64,000 nt of DNA from Octopus sinensis (taxonomy: Eukaryota): the NCBI RefSeq assembly GCF_006345805.1, contig NC_043006.1:42036001-42100000 (forward strand), written 5' to 3'. Each line of letters begins with the position of its first letter. The first letter of the stretch is position 1. Position numbers and translations under genes: made by a program. Positions 55,031-64,000 of this stretch are shown piece after piece. The notes under the pieces are model-generated. The model ran no database searches. It worked only from the letters and a program-made list of their open reading frames with translations, and had not been told where the DNA came from.

Positions 55031-55898
55031 ACAGTTTCTGTGTAGTCGTTACAGATAAGAGTAATGCATTACATAATTCAATAAACATAGTCTTAGTTTC
55101 ACGGTGTAAAATAAATAAAGTGGCTACACAACAGTTTTTATCACTCCCAGAGGAAGTAAAAAGTGGGATTGAAACTGGTTAGTTTCTAGTCTTCTAAAAC
55201 TTCATCAGTGAAAGAATATCCAAAATGATGACCTTTAATCTACAGAGATATTACTACTCAGCTGCACTGATGTTTCTAGTTATCATATGGGGAAAAAAAG
55301 CGTTTGCCTAATCAATATTTATCATTAATACGAAGAGATGTAGTTAGTGAGAAAAATGTTCAGTTTTGAAAAAGATGTGTAATTGGCATAAAATACTACC
55401 CACCATAAAATATAAGATAGAAAATTATAAGAAATGAAACTTTTCAGTTTTTACTTTTCTGAATGACATTTCAAAACTGTATCTTACATTGATCGTAATT
55501 AAGCAGCCAATTCATGTTTTTCGTATTCATCCTGCTTAAAACCGTGACATGTACTTGCTATATTGCGTCCAACATTGAAATAGTTTGGCTTTAAATAAAC
55601 CTTCCTAAATCTTCCCATATTTCGCTTGAGTGTTTTGTCGATAGATGGCGCCAAAGAGCTTTCATAGAAAATTACACTTATTTGTATTTTTTTCTGCTTT
55701 CATAAAATGACGACTTGCAAAATTTTGCTGATAGACATGTGTCTTGAAGGAATTTGGTTTTCCATTGGAACCTAACGGAGCGTTTTTTTTCTTTTTGTTG
55801 TTTATAAATTGCGTTATGTATCATAGAGTATGTATCAACTGGTAACCTACCAGTGTGCCAGCATCGTGATGGAGTTTCGACTATATATATATATATAT

Positions 55899-55931
<33 letters not shown>

Positions 55932-56089
55932 GCAATAAAGAAATGGAGGAGAACACTAGGTGGTTACTTTTAGACATTATATTACGTTAACTTATTTATT
56001 TATTTACTAAACTGATAATTAAATTCATTTATCCTAAATATTAATATAATTCTAACAGACATAATATTTCTTGACATTAGTTAAAATTT

Positions 56090-56245
56090 ATAGCTGTGTG
56101 CTTAAGAAGCTCACTTTGCAACCACCTTATTTACGCTGTTACACTGCGCGGCATTTTGAGCACATTTCTATTTGAGCTCAGCCGACCAATGTCTTGGAAG
56201 TGAATTTGGTCGACAGAAACAGTGAAAAAGCCCGCCGTATATATA
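56090..56245 (+). mobile_element. Degenerate SINE A head
   Basis: GCTGTGTG..AAGAAGCT..GCCGACCAA..GTGAATTTGGT.GACAGAAAC..AAGCCCG.CGTATAT. Confidence 0.6.
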
Positions 56246-57734
56246 AATATGTATGTCTCTTCTATTTTTTTTTATTATTACAAATTTTCCAATGAGGACA
56301 GGGCCGGTTTCCAACAATGATACAAGGCTCCATCACTGGAACGTAGTTAACACAGACAAATTCGCTTTTGAAACATGAGAAAGGTCTTGCATATTTTTAC
56401 TGTTCCACTCACAGATTGCACTTATAATGTACGAATCAGCTGGTTGATTTCTCTTTCTGGAAATCCCAATTTATCCAGATTCTCCTTTAAGCATTTACTA
56501 ACAAAACCTAGTGCTCCAATTATTATTGCTATGAATATGAACGCGTAGTCTGGATATAGAAGCTGGAGATTTCAAAGCAGATGTCCATAAATATCCTCTT
56601 TTTCTTTGATTTTCCAAAAGATATTTATATCTGAAGGGCAGCTAACCTCTATGATGGTACATACCGTTGCCCCTTTGTCCCAAACAACAATATCCGGCCT
56701 GTTATGTTTACATTTAATAGAAGTTTTGATGGGAATATTCCACCAGTATTCCTTGAGTTGGTTTGTATATATGTACCTATGTATGTATGCACATACATAT
56801 TGGCGAGGTGTCTCTGTGTCTTTGTGCTTGTTTTGTGTTTGTCCCCTTCTACCGTTTCATAATTAGTGTGCGTTTCTTTACGTCTCCATTAATTAGCAGT
56901 TTAGCAAAAGCAACCGATATCATAAGTATCAGGCATAAATTATAAGTGCTGAAGTCAATACATTCAACAAAACAGTTTGATACGGTGCCCCAGAATGGCT
57001 ACAGCCCTATGACTGAAACAAGAAAAAGAAAAAAGATATCCATATCAAACTTAATCGTTCTAAATATATGTTGAAGATTATCAAGGCACAAATTAAACGT
57101 TTTCCGAAATATAAGGGAAATAATTTCTTTAACTCAGAATCGAACCTGAGTTACTGGTTAACCAGCATCGATGCTACAATTTCAATGAGATAGTTAAGGG
57201 AAATCGTTGTTGATTTTATGATGATTTATTTTGAATAATTGAATATTAATGTAACTTTATAGCCTCATTAAATATGATACCTAAACGTTTAGGGATTTTA
57301 AGACCTTTTCGCCTTCAAATATTCTATGGAGACTTGGAATGTATTTGAGGATAAAATATGAGCTCGTCGAAAATTGTTTTGATCTTTGGTTGAAGGAGAA
57401 AAACCTGAAAATACAACACCCATTTTCACCTCTTCTAATATATAACAACATTATGATAAATCGGAAAGTCATATTATAATGATAGATATTTGCACGCTGT
57501 TAGGATACTGATCAAAAACATGAAGCGATTTTAACAGGAACACTGACACTAACGGCAAGGCGCAATATCATGTTTTAATAAAAAGGGGGATCATTTTAAT
57601 TAACCAAAGATATACTCAAAGTCATTTGCTCTTAACGAATGACGAATTTAGAATCGAGTTGTTAAATGGGTGGTGTTTTTTTCTACTTCATTGAAGTCAT
57701 TGAGTCATCGTCGAAACGTATCATTGATGTGTCT

Positions 57735-57960
57735 TTTTCATAAGTATTTCCATGGTCATTGCTCTAATGAACTTCTTGGTTTTCTCTCAAGACATTTAAA
57801 CGTGTCACCCATTTCTTTTTGCAGGTGAGTAGATTCCTTGTGCTATTCCTTTATTATTATTTTTTCTTTCTTGTAGCTTCTTTCTGAAAATGCTCTACTC
57901 TAGAACTCAATTCCATCGTCTTGTTTTTCATCGGGACTATGATGACGAGTCCGTCAAGCT
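57735..57960 (+). mobile_element. Old CR1/L2/Jockey-type LINE 3' fragment
   Basis: HKYFHGHCSNELL and SRTQFHR resemble the post-RT YFHGxCSxEL / SRTQF motifs. Confidence 0.45.
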
Positions 57961-59234
57961 TTCTCTCATTCAACATCTTTTGAATTCCTATGCTCGTCTT
58001 CCTTCTTTTAGTCCCTTACGCTACAGTTGCCTTAAGGCATGCTGGAGGCAAAATCGTTAAAACATTATGAAGCTAACTTACTGTTTGTTCCGTTTGACAA
58101 TGAAGCAACTCTTGAGTGGAAATTTTTTTGAGGAAAAACTCTTTGGCGCCATCTATCGACAAAACACTCAAGCGAAATATGGGAAGATTTAGGAAGGTTT
58201 ATTTAAAGCCAAACTATTTCAATGTTGGACGCAATATATCAAGTACATGTCAGCTAAAACATAGAGTAAACTTGGTCTTCCTCAGCAAATCTTGAACTGC
58301 ATGTCATACACAACAAATTTCAATACTTTTTATACTAGTTGCAATACTTTTTATACTAGTTGTCACGGTATTCACCTACACATAATTCTGTCTGGGGATT
58401 TGACCTCTTAAAAAGAACTCACTGATTCAGCGACAACCTTTTATTTTCTGATATTGCAGGCACCCTGAGCGAAGAATTAACCAGAAAGTTATCTGGGAAC
58501 GCCTGTATTATATCAAACACCTTATGTCATGTAGCAATTTACCTCCTACAAAAGTTCCAGGCTACAATACGATGCATATACGTATAGATAGATAGACAGA
58601 TGGATAGATAGACAGATAAATAGATGGATAGATATACATATGTACATTTATATCAATATATACATATACATATATATATATACTTACATATATATATATA
58701 TATATAATATATATATTATATATATATATGCATATACATATAATATACATACAAATATATATACACATATGAATTCAAATGAATATGTATATATATGCAG
58801 ATATGAATGGTATGTACATGTGTGCGAAAACCCACACATACACTATATACACACACTCGCGCACATAAAACCGTATAAACACGATCTGTGGTGGCGTCGT
58901 CTGCTTTGATATGACATATCATGCGGCAACGTTCTGGACATGAAATACCGAGATATGATTTACCAGTTGAAGCGATATGAAAAAACTTGCAGAAACAAAT
59001 TGATTTTCAACATCACAAGTGTTGCATACACACGAACACACACACGCGTGCGTGTATATATACATTTGTACGTGTGTGTCTGTGTATGTGTGTATACAAA
59101 CGTACAGAAATATATGCACACACACATGTATATACATATATATATTGTTTATTTGTTTTTGTGTCAAGTTATAATAAAAATGATTTAACATTAAAAAATC
59201 GTTATTTGCATAGTATACAATAAACGATCTATAG

Positions 59235-59885
<651 letters not shown>

Positions 59886-60164
59886 TAGAAAATGGAGAGA
59901 ACGACATTCTTTATTTCAAATCACCACAATTGTTTCGACACATTTTGGTTTGGGTATTCAGCAGTATTGGTTAGAGTATTCCGTCTCACACTAAGTGAAT
60001 TGACAGCATGAACTAACAAAGACGTATTTAAAGCAATCACCTGAAGATGTGCATTTTATAACCTGAATGGATGATAATGATTAATACATGTTAATTATAT
60101 CATCTGACCTATGCACTATGAATGTAAAAATCTATCGAAACAATTGCAATGAGTATTTCAGGGT

Positions 60165-60495
60165 ATTTCAGGGTGTTTGGGTGTCAATCTGAGGACATGA
60201 ACCAAGAGCGATAAAAATCAAACAACCAGTCAACATCATGGTGTTTGGAGTGATCACTAGTGATGGCAACGTTATGCCTTCATTCATCTCAACACTGAGA
60301 CCTACATCATGTGCCTGGAGGAGGGAGTGTTGCCCTGGGTCAAGAGGGTGGCTGCTGGAAGACCCTATGTCAGGCAACAGGATTCTGCACCATGCCATAC
60401 CAGCAGGAGAATCCAGTCATGGCTGTCAGACAATTTCTGCGACCACGTCACCCCTAGCAACTGGCCACCTAACTCCCTATACTGCAACCCCCTCA
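60165..60495 (+). mobile_element. maT (DD37D-like) Tc1/mariner transposase fragment
   Basis: IMVFGVITSDG.VMP and VLPWVKRVAAGRPYVRQQDSAPCHTSRRIQSWLSDNF..WPPNS..CNPL. Confidence 0.85.
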
Positions 60496-60698
60496 AATAA
60501 CACCCACATCATCTCATTAGAAGGATTATACTTTATATAATATCTTCTTAAATACACTCTAAGTAGAAGAAAGACAGCTTCGTCACGGTTTGAACTCCTT
60601 TCATTAGTGCATTTACCAATATCACCAACCGACGGCCTTGAATAGGATTCAACAATGATTTTGGTTCACTATCCATTTATTCATGTTCTACAGCTTAC

Positions 60699-61039
60699 GA
60701 TGTTGAAAATTAATTTATTTCAGAAAGCTTCTCGAAGTTTTTCCAATTAGAAGTCAGATATCGTTATTTCATGCCGCACTTATGTTTGTCCCGTCACGGT
60801 CTTTTCTTGTTTCGGACTTTTGTAAGTTTGGTCTTGGTCTTTCTTTCGCCTGGACCCTGTCCTTCCTAGGTATCAGCTTTTTCTTGATGTAGTCTCTGAA
60901 TTGCTCGCTCTCGCTTCAGTCTTTTCTTGATTTTGGACAGTTCTTGGTCTGACTTCAACCTCTTTTTGATCTGGTCTCAGTCTTTTCTTGATCTGGATTC
61001 TGTTATCTTTTCTTAGTATCGGTTTTTATTGATCTCATT

Positions 61040-61101
<62 letters not shown>

Positions 61102-61574
61102 TGTTGTCGGTCATTTCTCGGTCTAGTTCGCCTTCTTCTTTGTCTCATCTCAAACGTCTTGTGGTTTGGTCTCGGTCTTTTCTTGGTCTCGTCTCGAGCT
61201 TTCCTTGGTTTCTAACATTTCTTGCTCTGGTCCGGTCACGTTCTTTTTTCCTGTCTCGAAACTGTCTTTTCGTGGTGAATCAGTCTTTTTGTCTGATCTT
61301 CATCTTTATTTAGCCTGTTCTCAGTCTTGGCCCAGACTCTGTCTTTCCTTGGGCCAAACTCTGTCATTTTTTATATCGCTCTTTCCTCAATCTCAGTTTG
61401 TTTTGTGTTTTTATCAATAACAAACACAACCGTTAGTTCCGGATAGATTTCAACTCTGATATCCCTTCAGTATACTTTTACTCTCGATATACATATTATG
61501 ATGTTGAAAATTAATTTACTTCAGAAACTTTCTCCATATCTCTCTAAATGGAAATCATATATCGTTATTTCGTG
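60699..61574. repeat. Pyrimidine-rich degenerate minisatellite plus (CT)n, flanked by ~75-bp diverged direct repeats
   Basis: GATGTTGAAAATTAATTTA.TTCAGAAA...ATATCGTTATTTC at 60699-60773 and 61500-61574. The interior is built from TCTTGGTC/TCTCGGTC-like units. Confidence 0.6.
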
Positions 61575-61888
61575 TCTGCAAATTTACTGCATGACGTGTC
61601 ATACCAATGCAGACGATGCCATCACAAGCTCGTATTTATACAGTGTTGGCAGGAATTAGCATCGAAATTAGCTGATTATCTATGGTAATGGGAAGATTTG
61701 ATATGTCTGTGAGTATTAAGGTTCTCTTCTAAATATTTCAATTAGAATTGCAAAGTGCAAATTCAATTTTCTGTTAAGCTGTTTATTGAATAGAAGTCCT
61801 GCACGACAATATGCCAATATAGACAAACGTGGTGTACGCCTCATTCACATACAGCTATTCACATGCACACTTGCACATAGAATCTCTC

Positions 61889-61919
<31 letters not shown>

Positions 61920-61947
61920 CTCTCTCTTTCTCTTTCTCTCTCTGTCT

Positions 61948-61992
<45 letters not shown>

Positions 61993-63639
61993 ATATAAAG
62001 AAATCGGACCTCATACAGAAATAAAAGCAAGATACATCCACGATACATGGATACAATATACAGCGTATACATATACAAGCATATGCACACACAGGCGCAC
62101 ACACAAACGCACGCACACACACACACACATGCACACATGCACACATATACTTTCGCACATACCTATGCTCATATAGATATACACATAGTACACAATCAGT
62201 GACAAAGCCAGAGACAAGCACTACTACGATACACACGCACACACATTCACAGATACATATGCAAACATCACTCTCACACACATATACGCACACACACATG
62301 CATACATACACACACATGCCCATGCAAGCATTTGCTCACTACACACACGCTACTTGAGATTAACTTTGTGTACACTTCAGAACTGATAATCCAACGCAGC
62401 AGCCTATGAAGTCACACTAAATATATTCAATTACAAATTGATTCCTTTTCTGACCTGAGATAGAAATGTAGATTTTTTACGAAATATCAGCGGCATTTAG
62501 ACTTATTAGTAGTTATAACTGTCGCTTATCTGATCGTAATTTCATTACCACCGTCGAAGGGAATTACAATTTAGTATTTCATAGTAAAGTCTAGATTCTT
62601 TGTTTTTTGTACTATTTATTCAATGAAGTATTTCCGTTTTGTAATAGATTGAAGTAAATAACTTTACAGTTAGATATTTCGTAATCTATTCATTTCCATT
62701 GTTCATCTGTTTAGTAACCATAACAGTTAATGTGTAGAAAATCAATATAATGAGAAAGACTCTAAGTGGTTTTACGAGTTAAAATTAACCGCCAAAATCT
62801 CTCTGAAACTACCCTCTATTTTATTAAAAAATTGGTGAGATAAATAATATAGTCTTCTTAAATGCATTATGTTTGAAATGAATAAACAGGATGGTTTCAG
62901 CTGAAAAACTTTATATCATCGGTCTATTCCAGGTATGAGTAACTTTTTCAAATAAACTGCATTACTAAAATGTAAAAAGAAAAAATGGCGATGCATACAT
63001 ACTCTGCGCGCAGATAAGTTTTTTCGCGAAAGCTTTAAAATACGAGTTGGAAAAGAAATCTGAATGTTATCTTAGGATGTTTGGAATTAGAATTAAAAGA
63101 AAATAACATAAAATGTTTCTCTGTAGAATCATGCGCGTTCAAATAAATATTTTCTATTTCAATAGTTTTACAGTGAAATGTTAAAATACGAGTTGACAAA
63201 GAAAACCAAAGGTTGTTTTTGGAAAGTTCAACAAACAATTTGCATATGAGTAAGATTTGTATATGACTAAATGAATAATTATTCAAATAATAATATTGAT
63301 TATGAAAAAGGTGAACAAAATGAAATACTTAATGAAAATATTGCATAGAATTTGAGAAGTGTTTTGAACGTGTTTTTTTAATGATGGCAGATGATCAAAC
63401 GTACTGTAGTTCGTTGTAGGATATAAATAATATGACTACTTGCTTATGGGGAAATTTGTAAGTTCGATTTTTTTTTTAATATTACCATTATAGGTATTTA
63501 GACTCCGGTGAAATTAAGAAATCAACACGTAAATAAACGAAACCTTCGAATCTATCACTACACGCACACACACACACACACACACACAGAGTCGCATATC
63601 TATGTATGCATTTATGTATGTTTGAAGATAATCAAAGCA

Positions 63640-63800
63640 AACTTTCATCATTTCTAGCCACTCATCCAATGAGTATTTCTGTCAAATATGGTGAAAATCC
63701 GTTCAGTCGTTTTCCAGTCATTTTGCAAACACACAGACAAACAAAGACGAGTGCTTACAATACCATGCTTTCGCTTACGCGCACGGGCTAAATAGTTCAG
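63640..63800 (+). mobile_element. Possible Helentron-associated (HINE/DINE-like) remnant
   Basis: GTCAAATATGGTGAAAATCCGTTCAGT..., an ACAGACAAAC tract and a weak GC hairpin before AAAT; resembles mollusc HINE cores. Confidence 0.4.
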
Positions 63801-64000
63801 AAGTAATTTTTCGTTCGGCGTGCGATTCAGGAAGTCCCAAGGGTCGCAGTATGCCCGTGACTGGTTTATTAGATTAGATCTAACATAAAACTAAACAAAA
63901 GCAGCAATATCTAAATGTACAACCATTGGAGTACCTGTAGCAACATGATTTATCCAATGTAGAAACAATGGATAAATATCTTTAATGTTTAGTCATATGA

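Larger units (their letters stand above)
55545..58252. repeat. Pair of 114-bp inverted repeats (55545-55658 and 58139-58252), one mismatch
   Basis: TGACATGTACTTG(C/A)TATATTGCGTCC...GATAGATGGCGCCAAAGAG and its reverse complement. Confidence 0.93.

Noticed and set aside
55180-55215. Minus-strand CTGATGA-AGTT..GACT-A-GAAAC
   Set aside because: Extra base before G12 and no cleavage triplet with a helix I partner.
57800-57830. Strong donor-like CAG|GTGAGT
   Set aside because: It lies inside an old LINE fragment, with no supported upstream exon.

Overview
AT-rich eukaryotic genomic DNA, about 64 kb, almost entirely repeats. It has no intact protein-coding gene, rRNA, bona fide tRNA gene or CRISPR array that I can support. 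The repeat landscape is very long (TA)n/(CA)n/(GATA)n/(TACA)n/(ATT)n microsatellites, several tRNA-headed SINE families, and RTE, CR1/Zenon-like and R4/Dong-like LINE fragments, plus mariner/maT fossils and a Helitron. This suggests a cephalopod, probably Octopus (inference, not verified). The long ORFs in the track are mostly microsatellite read-throughs. The standout structure is a 661-bp near-perfect palindrome (40750-41410). It carries a complete type I hammerhead-ribozyme motif in each arm, one per strand, and is inserted into the (TA)n tract of a SINE. Other hammerhead-like motifs occur in a tRNA-headed SINE (36032-36075) and, in degenerate form, beside other (TA)n tracts. Together they point to a set of non-coding, ribozyme-bearing Penelope-like or retrozyme elements. 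Also noted: a decayed C2H2 zinc-finger pseudogene, a candidate signal-peptide exon, a 114-bp near-identical inverted repeat pair, and a SINE family with a variable number of internal modules. SINE family labels A-E are my own. Coordinates were counted by hand and may be off by a few bases.
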